DNA of 64,000 nt from an uncultured Thalassospiraceae bacterium (GCA_965368165.1 CBDULT010000010.1:8773-72772), one strand, 5' to 3'; positions 8,778 to 19,277 are shown, counted from the first letter of the stretch. A program made the numbers and translations. The notes: generated from the sequence alone by a model not told the origin.

Positions 8778-9434
8778 TTACTTGAGTTGGGCTTTGATGA
8801 GTTCAGCCATCTTTGCTGGCTCATAGCCATGGGCAAAATGTTTAATGAATTTACCGTCAGGTCCCATGAGATAGGTAATGGATGTATGATCCATGAGATA
8901 ATCTTTATCTTCACCTTTGGTTTCTTCGTCGGTAACTTTAGCCCGATAGACCCGGTAAGATTTTACAGCGGCTTTAACAGCCTCCTCCGGACCTGTTAAC
9001 CCAACAAGGCGGGGGTGAAACTGGATGACATATTCTTTAAGCACTTCCGCCGTATCGCGCTCTGGGTCAATGGTGAAAAATACTGGAACAACTTTTTCTG
9101 CATCTGGCCCCAATGCCTCAAGAGCATCGACCATCACTTGAAGGGAGGTCGGGCAGACATCAGGACAAAAAGTATACCCGAAATAGACCAGCATATATTT
9201 GCCTAAGAAATCTTTCTCCGTAACTTCTTTACCCAGGTGGTTGGTCAGCTTAAAGGGACCGCCCACTAAAGGGGTGCCTTGGGTTCTGGAAATCGAGCCG
9301 GATTTGAGTTTGGTTAACTCAACCGGAACCACTTCCTGTTTTTCACCTCTTATAAAGTCTCCTGCATAGAAAGCACCAAGAGCGACAAGAGCAGCAATTG
9401 TGTAAATGAATCCGCGTGTCTTAAAGAAGTTCAT
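8778..9434 (-). CDS. SCO1/SenC family thioredoxin-like copper chaperone
   Basis: 218 aa with an N-terminal membrane anchor and the CxxxC motif FGYTFCPDVCP. The stop lies 9 nt before the cobB start. Confidence 0.88.
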   Translation of the reverse strand: MNFFKTRGFIYTIAALVALGAFYAGDFIRGEKQEVVPVELTKLKSGSISRTQGTPLVGGPFKLTNHLGKEVTEKDFLGKYMLVYFGYTFCPDVCPTSLQVMVDALEALGPDAEKVVPVFFTIDPERDTAEVLKEYVIQFHPRLVGLTGPEEAVKAAVKSYRVYRAKVTDEETKGEDKDYLMDHTSITYLMGPDGKFIKHFAHGYEPAKMAELIKAQLK

Positions 9435-9573
9435 TGCCTCTAACCATTTCCGTTTTTACTGAAAGCGATGTTTGCCATAGAGCAAATAACCCAGCCTTGA
9501 TGCCCGTCAACGCAGCAGTTCTAATTTATAATAAATAAATATGGCAAAAAGGGTGCCTCATTGATTTTTGGCC

Positions 9574-10356
9574 TTACACCCCTAGCCAGTCTAATTTTTC
9601 TCTTAAAGCCACCACACCCCCTAAAACAAACAACGAAGGAGGGGCAAAACCCATTTCAGCGGCTTCTTTGGCACATTCCCCTAAAGTGGTTACCAAAACT
9701 TTTTGATCCAGGGTACAGCCCTTTGACACAATGGCGGCTGGCTCATCTGCAGGACGACCGGCCTCAAGAAGAATTTGAGAAATGCTCTCTAAGTGCTTCA
9801 TGGGCATGTAAACCACAATCACGGCCGAGCTTTTCGCCAAGGCCGTCCAATCAACCGAATCGGGCACATCACCCTGAGCAGAATGCCCGGTGACAAAGGC
9901 AATGGCAGAGTTTGCGCTATGCGCCGTTGCCGGAATGCCTGCATAGGCCAAAGCTGCAACCCCTGCCGTAATCCCCGGAACCACGCAAAAATGAACCCCG
10001 GCCTCAACCAAGGTCAAAGCTTCTTCGGCACCCCGACCAAAGACGAAGGGGTCTCCGCCCTTAAGACGCAACACCCGCTTGCCCTGCTTGGCAAAATCGA
10101 CGAGTCGTTGAGAGATTTTGGTCTGTTTTGGAGAAGGGGTTCCTCCCCGTTTGCCCATATTGACCAGTTCGGCCTCTTTGCGGACCAAGCCCATAATGCG
10201 ATCATCGACCAAGGCATCATAAACAACCACGTCGGCATTTGCCAAAGCATGAACGGCATTGAGGGTTAACAGGCCTGGGTCACCGGGACCCGCCCCCACC
10301 AACCAAACCCAGCCGGGTTCGAACTCTGGAAAATCTATGGGAAGTGAATTTAACAT
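9574..10356 (-). CDS. cobA: uroporphyrinogen-III C-methyltransferase (SUMT)
   Basis: 260 aa with VWLVGAGPGDPGLLTL and GKRVLRLKGGDPFVFGRG. Confidence 0.92.
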   Translation of the reverse strand: MLNSLPIDFPEFEPGWVWLVGAGPGDPGLLTLNAVHALANADVVVYDALVDDRIMGLVRKEAELVNMGKRGGTPSPKQTKISQRLVDFAKQGKRVLRLKGGDPFVFGRGAEEALTLVEAGVHFCVVPGITAGVAALAYAGIPATAHSANSAIAFVTGHSAQGDVPDSVDWTALAKSSAVIVVYMPMKHLESISQILLEAGRPADEPAAIVSKGCTLDQKVLVTTLGECAKEAAEMGFAPPSLFVLGGVVALREKLDWLGV

Positions 10357-10409
10357 AGCCCGGTCATATACCCGGTCTTTTCCTGTTTCACCAGAGGAGA
10401 TTTATTTCT

Positions 10410-11498
10410 ATGGTGTCGCCTATGGAAAATGAGCCCAAACTTCGTAAAGGATGGACCACAGGTGCCTGTGCGACTGCCGCCGCTGTCAGTGCCTTCGAGG
10501 CCTTGATAACGGGCACCTTCCCTGATCCTGTAACAATTGTTCTCCCGAAGGGGGGGGCCTCGTTCCCTTTGGAGAGGGCCAAGCTTATTGATGGCATAGC
10601 AACTGTGGGCATCATAAAAGATGCGGGTGATGACCCTGATGTGACCCATGGAGCCGAAATCATTGCCACCGTTCATCAAACCGGTTTAAGTGATGATGTC
10701 ACCTTTAAAGGCGGCGAGGGGGTGGGGCAGGTGACCTTGCCTGGGCTGCCCTTGCCTGTAGGCGAACCCGCCATCAACCCCGCCCCCCGTAAAATGATCA
10801 CCGCCAACATTCAACGCATTGCTGAAAAACATGGGGTGTCTGCAGGGTGTAACATTACCCTTTCCATTCCTGGCGGGGCAGAGCTTGCCAAACAAACCTT
10901 GAACGGGCGTCTTGGGATTCTTGGCGGCCTTTCGATTTTAGGAACCACCGGGATTGTCACCCCTTATTCCTGTGCCGCCTGGATCAGTTCCATCCATCGC
11001 GGGGTCGATGTGGCTTTAGCTGCCAACCTCACCCATATCGCTGCCTGCACCGGGTCGACCTCCGAAAAAAGCCTTAAACAAATCCTCCCTTTACCTGATC
11101 AAGGACTCATTGATATGGGGGATTTTGTCGGGGGGCTGCTGAAATACTTACGCCGCAATTCAGTTGAAAAGCTCACCCTTGGCGGCGGCTTTGCTAAAAT
11201 CACCAAGCTGGCCCAAGGAGAGATGAATCTCCATTCGAAAGAGTCACGTGTCGACCTCAGCTTTCTCGCCGAAGTTTTGCATGAGTTAGGGGGCTCTGAG
11301 GCCCTTTGTCTGAAAGTCCAAAAAGCCAACACGGCCATGGAGGTTTTAGAATTAGCTTCCAGGGAAGCTCTGCCTTTAGCCGATGCCATTGCCGTTAAAG
11401 CTCAGGCTCAAGCCCTAAAGGCCATCAGAGAAACAGGCGCGGTTGAGATTTACATCTTTAATCGCGCCGGGGAACAGGTCGGACATGCCCCAAGTTAA
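10410..11498 (+). CDS. cbiD: cobalt-precorrin-5B (C1)-methyltransferase
   Basis: 362 aa. LRKGWTTGACATAAA and GTTGIVTPYSCAAW are CbiD hallmarks. Confidence 0.9.
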   Translation: MVSPMENEPKLRKGWTTGACATAAAVSAFEALITGTFPDPVTIVLPKGGASFPLERAKLIDGIATVGIIKDAGDDPDVTHGAEIIATVHQTGLSDDVTFKGGEGVGQVTLPGLPLPVGEPAINPAPRKMITANIQRIAEKHGVSAGCNITLSIPGGAELAKQTLNGRLGILGGLSILGTTGIVTPYSCAAWISSIHRGVDVALAANLTHIAACTGSTSEKSLKQILPLPDQGLIDMGDFVGGLLKYLRRNSVEKLTLGGGFAKITKLAQGEMNLHSKESRVDLSFLAEVLHELGGSEALCLKVQKANTAMEVLELASREALPLADAIAVKAQAQALKAIRETGAVEIYIFNRAGEQVGHAPS

Positions 11499-12246
11499 AC
11501 CAAAACTTTTGATCCTTGGCGGCACCAAAGAAGCTGCCGCTTTAGCCCAGCAAGCCGTCAACAAATTTGGCGACAGGTTAGAGGTTGTTACTTCCCTGGC
11601 AGGGCGCACCAAGTTCCCCACCCCCCTTCCAGGGCAAGTTCGAAGAGGTGGTTTTGGCAATGGAGCCCAAGGACTCATTCACTTTATTAAAGAGGCAGGG
11701 GTCACCCACCTTATCGATGCCACCCACCCTTTCGCCGCCATCATTTCTGCCAGTGCTGCTAAAGCTTGTGATCAAACCAGCACCCCCCGGCTCACCTTTT
11801 GCCGCGCTAAATGGCCCCAAACCGATCAAGACAACTGGCTCCGCTTTAAGGACTTCCCTGGTGCCGCTCAGGCCCTCCCCAATCTGGCAAAACGCCCTTT
11901 TCTCACCGTCGGCAAACAAGGGGCTGAACATTTTTATGGCTGCAAAGAATGTCACTTTGTCCTCAGGCTATTAGAACAACCTGCTCAGCCGCTACCCTTC
12001 TCAAACTACGAAGTGGTCATTGGCAAACCACCTTTTTCCCTGGACCAAGAACTCGCGCTCCTTAAGACTCATAGCATTGATGCCCTGGTAACCAAGGAGA
12101 GCGGAGGTACCTCGACCGAGGCCAAAATATTAGCTGCCCGCAAGCTTGAAATGCCCGTCCTTATCATCGAGCGTCCCAAGATACCAGAAGGGGAAACGGT
12201 GGAAAAAGTTGGGGCGTGTTTAGAGTGGCTGAACAGGCAAATTTAA
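11485..12246 (+). CDS. cobK: precorrin-6A / cobalt-precorrin-6A reductase
   Basis: ORF track 11443..12246. I prefer ATG at 11485 (MPQVKPKLLILGGTKEAAALA), which overlaps the cbiD stop by 14 nt. Confidence 0.85.
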   Translation: MPQVKPKLLILGGTKEAAALAQQAVNKFGDRLEVVTSLAGRTKFPTPLPGQVRRGGFGNGAQGLIHFIKEAGVTHLIDATHPFAAIISASAAKACDQTSTPRLTFCRAKWPQTDQDNWLRFKDFPGAAQALPNLAKRPFLTVGKQGAEHFYGCKECHFVLRLLEQPAQPLPFSNYEVVIGKPPFSLDQELALLKTHSIDALVTKESGGTSTEAKILAARKLEMPVLIIERPKIPEGETVEKVGACLEWLNRQI

Positions 12247-12356
12247 ACTATTCACCCTCCCCCTACCCATTGCCCACAAATTTCTTTGCGCTTTTAAATT
12301 TTCTTCCTACATGTAAGCCCCAGGCAAGTATGGTTGCCTGCCTGAAAAAAAGAAAA

Positions 12357-14402
12357 ATGAGTAGCTATTCATTGTCTCCACAAAGATTAAAACTGGGTTT
12401 TAAGACAGGTTTTGCTCGAGCATTTATGATTTTGAGTTTCTTTTGGCCTGCCCAGGCTCTTGCACAAGATATTTCAAGGGACCTGGTCCCCCTGGTAAAA
12501 GCTGAAAAAATCTGGCTTGATCAACACCCCAATCTTCGTATGGCTGTTGATATTGATTGGGCACCTTTTGAATATGTGGATGAACAAAAACAATATCGAG
12601 GCATGGCAGCAGATTATATTCGTCTGGTGGAGCAACGCCTGGGTATCAATTTTCAAATAGACAAAGAACGCCCCTGGGCCAAAATGGTTGAGGCCGTTAA
12701 GAACCATGACCTGGATATGTTTTCTCTGGTCGTTCAAACCCCTCAGCGCAATGAATATCTGAATTTTACCAAGCCCTATATCTCTTTCCCTATGGTCATC
12801 ATAACCCGGGAAGACGAACCCTTTATCGATGGGGTCGATGCCTTAAGAAACAAGGTTGTCGCCGTGGTAAAAAGTTACGCCTCTCATGACTTACTGTCGA
12901 AAAACCACCAACACCTGATCCTTAATCCGGTTGAGAATGTCCGCAAAGGGCTGGAAGGGGTCTCAAACGGACAGGCTTACGCCTTTGTCGGTAATCTTGC
13001 GGTCGCCGGGCAGGTGATCAGGGATGCTGGGATCACTAATCTGAAAATATCTGGGCAAACCCCTTATCGTTTCGAGCTGAGTCTGGCGGTGCGCAAAGAC
13101 TGGCTCGAGCTGATCCCAATTTTACAGAAAGCCCTGGATTCCATTACCCAGGCAGAGCGGGATAAAATTTATAACCAGTGGATTAAGGTGAGATTTCAAC
13201 AAGAAGTGGACTACCGTATTCTTCTTGCCGTTCTCGGTTTTGGAATACTCGTCGCCAGTATCTTTTTTGTCTGGAACCGAAAACTACAAAAAGAAATTAA
13301 CCATCGCGAGAGAGTTGAGAAAGCCCTGAAAAAGGAAAGCCAGCGTCTCGACGAGATCATCTGGGGAACGGATGTCGGCACTTGGGAATGGAATGTTGAA
13401 ACCGGGGAAACGGTTCTCAATGAGCGATGGGCTGAAATTATTGGCTATAGCCTCGAAGAACTGGGGCCAATAACGATCGATTCCTGGGCCAATTTGCTCC
13501 ATCAAGATGACCTGAGACAAGCAAACGAATTGGTGAAAAAGAATTTCTCTAAAGAGCTAGATCATTATCAGGCCGAAACCCGTATGCGCCATAAAAACGG
13601 TAAATGGATTTGGGTCATTGATCGCGGCAAGGTGGTGGAATGGACCAAAGATGGCAAACCTTTACGCATGTCCGGGACCCACCAGGATATCACCGAGCGT
13701 AAGAAACTCGACCGCATGAAGAATGAATTTATTTCCACCGTAAGCCACGAACTTCGAACCCCTCTTACATCTATCAAAGGTTCCTTAGGCCTTATTGCTG
13801 GAGATGCGGTCCAACTTGAATCGGCAAAAGGCAAAGGAATGGTCAATCTTGCCTATAAAAATACCAATCGTCTTATCGAATTGGTCAACGATCTTCTCGA
13901 TATAGAGAAATTAGAATCAGGGCAGATGGAATTTGATTTTAAGCCCATAAAAATTTCAACCCTTGTTACAGAAACTGTAGAGACAAATAAAGGTTTTGCC
14001 ACCGAACATGGGGTGTCATTTACCATAGCTCAATTGGACCCTGGGCTTAGGGTTAAAGGCGACTATAGTCGCCTCACCCAAGTGCTTGCCAACCTTCTTT
14101 CCAATGCGGCAAAATTCTCCCACGATGGCGGCGAGATTACGATTTCTGTTGAAAAACAGGCAAACACCGTAACCCTTTCGGTCAAAGACCAAGGGCGAGG
14201 TATTCCAGATGAATTTCGCAGTCATATTTTTGGGAAATTTGCCCAATCAGATGCCTCAGACAGCCGCCAAAAAGGGGGTTCCGGATTAGGCCTCAACATT
14301 TCAAAATCGATTGTCGATTTTCACCAAGGGACCATTAGCTTTAGCAGTCAAGAAGGCAAAGGCATCACTTTTTATGTCACCCTGCCCTTACTTAAAGGGT
14401 AG
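12357..14402 (+). CDS. sensor histidine kinase with periplasmic solute-binding (SBP_bac_3-like) domain, TM segment, PAS, HisKA and HATPase domains
   Basis: ORF track 12216..14402. ATG at 12357 gives the signal-like N-terminus MSSYSLSPQRLKLGFKTGFARAFMILSFFWPAQALAQ (ATG at 12330 is an alternative). H-box FISTVSHELRTPL; G-boxes DQGRGIP and GGSGLGLNIS. No response regulator is adjacent. Confidence 0.88.
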   Translation: MSSYSLSPQRLKLGFKTGFARAFMILSFFWPAQALAQDISRDLVPLVKAEKIWLDQHPNLRMAVDIDWAPFEYVDEQKQYRGMAADYIRLVEQRLGINFQIDKERPWAKMVEAVKNHDLDMFSLVVQTPQRNEYLNFTKPYISFPMVIITREDEPFIDGVDALRNKVVAVVKSYASHDLLSKNHQHLILNPVENVRKGLEGVSNGQAYAFVGNLAVAGQVIRDAGITNLKISGQTPYRFELSLAVRKDWLELIPILQKALDSITQAERDKIYNQWIKVRFQQEVDYRILLAVLGFGILVASIFFVWNRKLQKEINHRERVEKALKKESQRLDEIIWGTDVGTWEWNVETGETVLNERWAEIIGYSLEELGPITIDSWANLLHQDDLRQANELVKKNFSKELDHYQAETRMRHKNGKWIWVIDRGKVVEWTKDGKPLRMSGTHQDITERKKLDRMKNEFISTVSHELRTPLTSIKGSLGLIAGDAVQLESAKGKGMVNLAYKNTNRLIELVNDLLDIEKLESGQMEFDFKPIKISTLVTETVETNKGFATEHGVSFTIAQLDPGLRVKGDYSRLTQVLANLLSNAAKFSHDGGEITISVEKQANTVTLSVKDQGRGIPDEFRSHIFGKFAQSDASDSRQKGGSGLGLNISKSIVDFHQGTISFSSQEGKGITFYVTLPLLKG

Positions 14403-15269
14403 GCTGTCTAAAGCCGCTTCATCGAAAACATAGTCTGTTTTACAAAATTCACAGGAAACCGTAACAACGCCATTTTCTCTCAGGTCAAAGACCTCATCTT
14501 TACCAAAAGATACCAAGGTCTTTTCTACTTTCTGTTGGGAACAGCGGCAGCGGTGTTCAAGAGCTTTTGGTTCATAAACCCGCACCCCATCTTCATGAAA
14601 GAGGCGAAAAAGAAGATCATGGGCGCTTAAATCCGCATCAAGCAACTCTTGGGTCGTCAGGCTTGCCATCAGAGTTTGGATACGATTCCAGTTTTCATCT
14701 GACTGGTCGACCCCATCAAAAATTTGATCTTTGGTCACCGTTTCGGGCATGCGCTGGATCATCAGTCCGGCGGCCCCAGGCTGTTCTCCCGTTTGGGCAG
14801 CAAGAATGATAGCCGTATCCAATTGCTCAGAACGTTTAAAATATTCTTGGGCACAATCGCTCAAGTTTTCCCCCACCAATTCCACCAGGCCTTGATAGCG
14901 TTCCATATGGGCCCCTTGGTCGACCGTAAAGGCCAAATGCCCTTTGCCAAACAGTTTTCCAGCTAAGGGGCTTCCCTTGTCATCAAACCGCGCATATCCG
15001 CGCATATGGCCTTCGCTGGTAACATCATTTACCAGCAAAGAGATTACACCGTCACTTTGGATTTGCAGAGTGAACAGGCCATCATACTTGAGCGCGCCGG
15101 CAAGAATCGCCGACAGAGCCATGGACTCCCCCACTTGCTCCCCGACTTTTTCCGGATAAGCATGAGCTTTGAGGGTTTCCTGAAAGGAGGCCCCCAACCG
15201 CACCAAGCGACCCCGGATGCTGAGGCCCTCAATTTCAAAGGGCTGAATGATATCTTCGAGCAAAGGCAT
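14388..15269 (-). CDS. hslO: Hsp33 redox-regulated chaperone
   Basis: 293 aa with the C-terminal zinc-centre CRCS...CEFC. The 3' end overlaps the kinase gene convergently by 15 nt. Confidence 0.9.
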   Translation of the reverse strand: MPLLEDIIQPFEIEGLSIRGRLVRLGASFQETLKAHAYPEKVGEQVGESMALSAILAGALKYDGLFTLQIQSDGVISLLVNDVTSEGHMRGYARFDDKGSPLAGKLFGKGHLAFTVDQGAHMERYQGLVELVGENLSDCAQEYFKRSEQLDTAIILAAQTGEQPGAAGLMIQRMPETVTKDQIFDGVDQSDENWNRIQTLMASLTTQELLDADLSAHDLLFRLFHEDGVRVYEPKALEHRCRCSQQKVEKTLVSFGKDEVFDLRENGVVTVSCEFCKTDYVFDEAALDSLPFK

Positions 15270-15274
15270 TTTGC

Positions 15275-16186
15275 TTACATCATCACCCAGCTTAAAATGC
15301 CGTTCTGGGCATGCATACGGTTTTCTGCTTCATCCCAGACCACCGATTGAGGACCATCAATTACATCGGCGGTGACTTCCTCCCCCCGGTGAGCCGGAAG
15401 GCAATGCATAAACAAGGCCTTGGCTTTTGCCTGAGCCATCAGTTCTTTATTCACCTGATAAGGGGCTAATTGTTTCATGCGTTTATCGGCATCATCATCT
15501 CCCATGGACACCCAGGTATCGGTGACCACAAGATCACACCCTGCAACGGCTTCTACGGGATCTTGAGTAACAATAACATTACCGCCATTTTCTTTTGCCC
15601 AGGCCAAGGCCCGCTGGTTAGGCCCATAGCCGGACGGGCATGCAAGCTTAAGGGTGAAGCCAAACTGAGCCGCCGCATGAATCCAGGAGGTGGCCACATT
15701 ATTACCATCCCCAACCCAGGCCACGGTTTTACCTTCAATCGGCCCCCGACGCTCTTCAAAGGTCAGAATATCTGCCATAATCTGACAGGGGTGGCTGTCA
15801 TCTGTAAGGCCATTGATCACTGGCACGGTGGCATATTTTGCCAACTCGCTGAGCTTCTCTGGATCATCAGTACGAATCATGATGCCATCCACATAGCGCG
15901 AAAGGACACGCGCTGTATCGGCAATGGTTTCGCCCCGCCCAATTTGGCAATCGGCCCCTTGTAAAACCACAACCTTTCCGCCAAGTTTCTTCATACCGAC
16001 TTCAAAGGACACCCGTGTCCGAGTCGATGGTTTTTCAAAAATCAGCGCGAGGTTTTTTCCTTCCAAGGGAAAGCGCCCACCCAAAGGGCTGTGCTTATGT
16101 TTGAAGGAAATTGCCGTATCTAAAATCGTGCGAAGGCTATCCTTCGACAGGGTGTTTATATCTAGAAAGTGTCTTAGGCCGCTCAT
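15275..16186 (-). CDS. argF: ornithine carbamoyltransferase
   Basis: 303 aa with the [13 protein letters not shown] and [12 protein letters not shown] motifs. Confidence 0.95.
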   Translation of the reverse strand: MSGLRHFLDINTLSKDSLRTILDTAISFKHKHSPLGGRFPLEGKNLALIFEKPSTRTRVSFEVGMKKLGGKVVVLQGADCQIGRGETIADTARVLSRYVDGIMIRTDDPEKLSELAKYATVPVINGLTDDSHPCQIMADILTFEERRGPIEGKTVAWVGDGNNVATSWIHAAAQFGFTLKLACPSGYGPNQRALAWAKENGGNVIVTQDPVEAVAGCDLVVTDTWVSMGDDDADKRMKQLAPYQVNKELMAQAKAKALFMHCLPAHRGEEVTADVIDGPQSVVWDEAENRMHAQNGILSWVMM

Positions 16187-16187
16187 A

Positions 16188-17360
16188 TCAGCCCTCCAAT
16201 TCTTTTAAGGAAGCCTCTAGTAATTCCAAGGCCTCATCGAGTTGTTCTTTGGTGATGTTTAGGGGTGGTAGGAGACGGATGACATTATCGCCCGCCGGAA
16301 CAATCAACAGACCATGGCGCAGGCAAGCCGCGACCAAGTCGCTATTTAGGCCAAGGCATTTCAAGCCAACCAGGAGGCCCGCTCCTCGCACATCGCTAAC
16401 TACGGTTGAATATTTTTTTACCAACGCTTCAAGGCAGCCCTTGAAATAGTCTGCCCTTTCACGGACAGTTTCAATGAAGCCATCAGCCAGCAGGATATCA
16501 AGCACCGCATTAGCCGCAGCGCAAGCCAGAGGGTTGCCCCCAAAAGTGCTGCCGTGCGTTCCCGGTGTCATGCCTTTGGCGGCCTCGCTGGTTGCCAGGC
16601 AAGCTCCCACAGGGAACCCTCCGCCTAAACCTTTTGCCAAGGCCATAATATCGGGTGTTATTCCAAATTTCTCATGGGCAAATAAATGCCCAGTGCGGCC
16701 CATACCGGTTTGCACTTCATCAAAAATCAACAACAAACCAAACTCGTCAGCCGCCGCCCGCAATCCTTTAAGGAAGTTTTGTCCGATAGGGCGAATGCCG
16801 CCCTCTCCTTGAATGGGTTCCACCAAAATGGCCGCCGTTTCTGGTGTAATCGCGCCACGCAATTCATTAATATTGCCAAAGGAAACCTGGTCAAAGCCAT
16901 CCGTAACCGGGCCAAACCCTTCAAGGTGCTTAGCTTGTCCACCCGCAGCAAGGGTCGCCAAGGTCCGCCCATGAAAAGCACCTTCTGCCGTAATCACCCG
17001 ATATTTTTCAGGACTGCCATTGGCTGAATGATATTTGCGCGCCATTTTGATCGAGCATTCCAGAGCCTCCGCCCCGGAATTGCAGAAAAAAGCCGTATCG
17101 GCAAAGCTGTTTTCTACCAAGCGTTCAGCCAAGCGTCGTTGCCCCGGAATCTCATAAAGATTAGAGGTATGCCATAGCTTTTCTGCCTGGTCTTTGAGGG
17201 CGGCCACCAAGTGGGGGTGGGCATGGCCCAAGGCGGTTACGGCAATCCCAGACCCGAAGTCGAGAAAGCGTTTGCCATCTGTTGTATACAGATACGGCCC
17301 GTCGCCTTTTTCAAAGGCCAGCTCGAACCGACCATAAGTCGGCATCACTGGCGAAATCAT
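16188..17360 (-). CDS. argD: acetylornithine aminotransferase (class III)
   Basis: ORF track start is 17399, but that extension is encoded by a hairpin and U-tract. ATG at 17360 ([12 protein letters not shown]..) is preceded by [21 protein letters not shown] motif present. Confidence 0.92.
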   Translation of the reverse strand: MISPVMPTYGRFELAFEKGDGPYLYTTDGKRFLDFGSGIAVTALGHAHPHLVAALKDQAEKLWHTSNLYEIPGQRRLAERLVENSFADTAFFCNSGAEALECSIKMARKYHSANGSPEKYRVITAEGAFHGRTLATLAAGGQAKHLEGFGPVTDGFDQVSFGNINELRGAITPETAAILVEPIQGEGGIRPIGQNFLKGLRAAADEFGLLLIFDEVQTGMGRTGHLFAHEKFGITPDIMALAKGLGGGFPVGACLATSEAAKGMTPGTHGSTFGGNPLACAAANAVLDILLADGFIETVRERADYFKGCLEALVKKYSTVVSDVRGAGLLVGLKCLGLNSDLVAACLRHGLLIVPAGDNVIRLLPPLNITKEQLDEALELLEASLKELEG

Positions 17361-17376
17361 CTTGCCTTTCCTTTCG

Positions 17377-17408
17377 AAAAATAAAGAAGGCGGAACCAAC
17401 GTTCCGCC
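17377..17408 (-). terminator. intrinsic-terminator-like hairpin inside the argD leader
   Basis: The minus strand reads GGCGGAAC-GUUG-GUUCCGCC (17408-17389) followed by UUCUUUAUUUUU (17388-17377), ending 16 nt before the argD ATG. Confidence 0.55.
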
Positions 17409-17423
17409 CCGGAAAAGCGGCAG

Positions 17424-17452
17424 ATTATGGGAATCTAAGGATCAATTGTCAA
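17424..17452 (-). promoter_or_regulatory. near-consensus sigma70 promoter between purH and argD
   Basis: The minus strand reads TTGACA (complement of 17447-17452), exactly 17 nt, CATAAT (complement of 17424-17429). Confidence 0.5.
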
Positions 17453-17455
17453 CAG

Positions 17456-17474
17456 AAACGTACTTTGTACGTTT
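17456..17474 (-). terminator. weak hairpin after purH
   Basis: AAACGTAC-AAA-GTACGTTT is an 8-bp AT-rich stem about 50 nt after the purH stop, immediately upstream of the TTGACA box. Confidence 0.3.
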
Positions 17475-17525
17475 TTCAGCCTAAAGAAAGGGCCACATCA
17501 TACGATTGAGGTAGCCCTTAAATTC

Positions 17526-19097
17526 CTAGTGGCGGAAATGGCGCATTCCTGTAAAGACCATGGCTAAACCAGCGTCGTCGGCAGCCTTGATCACTTCTTC
17601 ATCACGGATGGACCCTCCCGGCTGGATCACAGCAGTCGCCCCAGCTTCAGCGGCTGCGAGCAGTCCATCGGCGAAGGGGAAGAAGGCATCAGAGGCAACC
17701 ACCGCGCCTTTGGCCCAGCTTTCTGCATCCCCGGCAACTTTGGCCGCATCGGCGGCTTTCCAAGCGGCGATGCGGGAGGAATTAACCCGGCTCATTTGCC
17801 CGGCCCCGACACCAACGGTAGCTTGGTTTTTCACATAGATGATGGCGTTGGATTTAACATGTTTGCAAATGGTGAAAGCAAACTGCAAGTCTTTGAGTTC
17901 TTCCTCTGTTGGGGCGCGCTTGGTCACCACTTTCATTTCTTCCAGCAACCGATTATCGCGTCCTTGGAGCAAGTACCCCCCCGCCAAAGAGCGAATGGTC
18001 ATGCCGTTAGCTTCTGGATCAGGCATACCGCCGGTTTCCAGAACCCGCAGGTTTTTCTTTCGAGAAAGAATTTCTCGGGCTGTTGCATCAATTTGTGGGG
18101 CTATCACTACTTCAGCAAACAGTTTGGCAATTTCTTCAGCCGTACCGCCATCAAGAACTTGGTTCACCGCAACAATGCCGCCAAAAGCACTTTCCGTATC
18201 ACAAGCCAAGGCACGATGGTAAGCGTCAACCAAAGTTGGCCCTGTCGCCACACCGCAAGGGTTGGCATGTTTAATAATAGCAACGGCGGGGTCAGTTTTA
18301 AATTCTGCCGCCAACTCGAAAGCCGCATCGGTATCATTAAGGTTATTAAAGCTGAGCTCTTTGCCTTGAATTTGTTCCGCCGTGGCCACACCCAAACGAT
18401 TTTCGTTATTGGTATAGAAAGCCGCCGCTTGATGGGGGTTTTCACCGTAGCGCATGGTTTGTTTTAAGGTGCCGCCTAAAGCAATCCGTTTGGGGAAGTT
18501 TTCGCCATTTTGCTCGTTGAGCCACCCTGAAATCGCCGCGTCATACTGTCCGGTACGAGAATAAGCCCGCGCCGCTAATTTTTTACGAAATTCAACGGAA
18601 GTTGCCCCATTTTGAGCATCCATTTCTTCCATCACCATTTCGTAATCCACCGGATCAACCACAACCGTGACAAAGGCATGATTTTTCGCCGCAGCGCGGA
18701 TCATGGCAGGGCCGCCAATGTCAATATTTTCCACACAGGTGTCATAGTCAGCCCCTTTGGCGACAGTTTCTTCAAAGGGGTAAAGATTAACCGCCAGCAG
18801 ATCAATGGGGGCAATTTTGTGATCTTCCATGGCTTTTTCATGGTCTGCATTGCCCCGCACTGCCAGCAATCCGCCATGAATAGCTGGTTGCAGGGTTTTC
18901 ACCCGCCCATCCATAATTTCCGGAAACCCTGTATGGTCTGAAACCTCCGTCACCGCAACGCCCGCCTCACGCAAAGCTTTCGCTGAACCCCCCGTGGAGA
19001 GGATTTCTACACCCTTTTCAGCGAGAAACTGTCCAAATTCTACGAGGCCAGATTTATCAGAAACGGAAATTAATGCACGGCGGATTGGCTGAGCCAT
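17526..19097 (-). CDS. purH: bifunctional AICAR transformylase / IMP cyclohydrolase
   Basis: 523 aa. N-terminal MGS-like domain ([15 protein letters not shown]) plus an AICARFT domain. Confidence 0.97.
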   Translation of the reverse strand: MAQPIRRALISVSDKSGLVEFGQFLAEKGVEILSTGGSAKALREAGVAVTEVSDHTGFPEIMDGRVKTLQPAIHGGLLAVRGNADHEKAMEDHKIAPIDLLAVNLYPFEETVAKGADYDTCVENIDIGGPAMIRAAAKNHAFVTVVVDPVDYEMVMEEMDAQNGATSVEFRKKLAARAYSRTGQYDAAISGWLNEQNGENFPKRIALGGTLKQTMRYGENPHQAAAFYTNNENRLGVATAEQIQGKELSFNNLNDTDAAFELAAEFKTDPAVAIIKHANPCGVATGPTLVDAYHRALACDTESAFGGIVAVNQVLDGGTAEEIAKLFAEVVIAPQIDATAREILSRKKNLRVLETGGMPDPEANGMTIRSLAGGYLLQGRDNRLLEEMKVVTKRAPTEEELKDLQFAFTICKHVKSNAIIYVKNQATVGVGAGQMSRVNSSRIAAWKAADAAKVAGDAESWAKGAVVASDAFFPFADGLLAAAEAGATAVIQPGGSIRDEEVIKAADDAGLAMVFTGMRHFRH

Positions 19098-19277
19098 AGG
19101 TGGGTTCCCCCTTGGGAAAAGACATCAAGGATAACGTTGGCGGGGATATAGCAGAGGTGGCGTTGAGGTTCCAGCTTTAAAGAAGATTTTTTTGCCCCTC
19201 AAGCGCCGAATGGGGCTTCTCGCCCCTTGGCTTACGGCACAATGATCTGCCAGGGCCTCAGTGGCCCATTACAATCC

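Noticed and set aside
10357-10409. Cobalamin riboswitch in the cobA/cbiD divergent region (9435-9573 upstream of the SCO1-like gene was also checked)
   Set aside because: The 53-bp spacer is too short, and no B12-box-like conserved core is visible in either region.
19098-19277. ZTP (pfl) riboswitch upstream of purH
   Set aside because: purH is a common ZTP-riboswitch target, but the conserved GGGUCGUGACUGGCG and CCGCCUGGGC elements are absent. Only two small GC hairpins are present.
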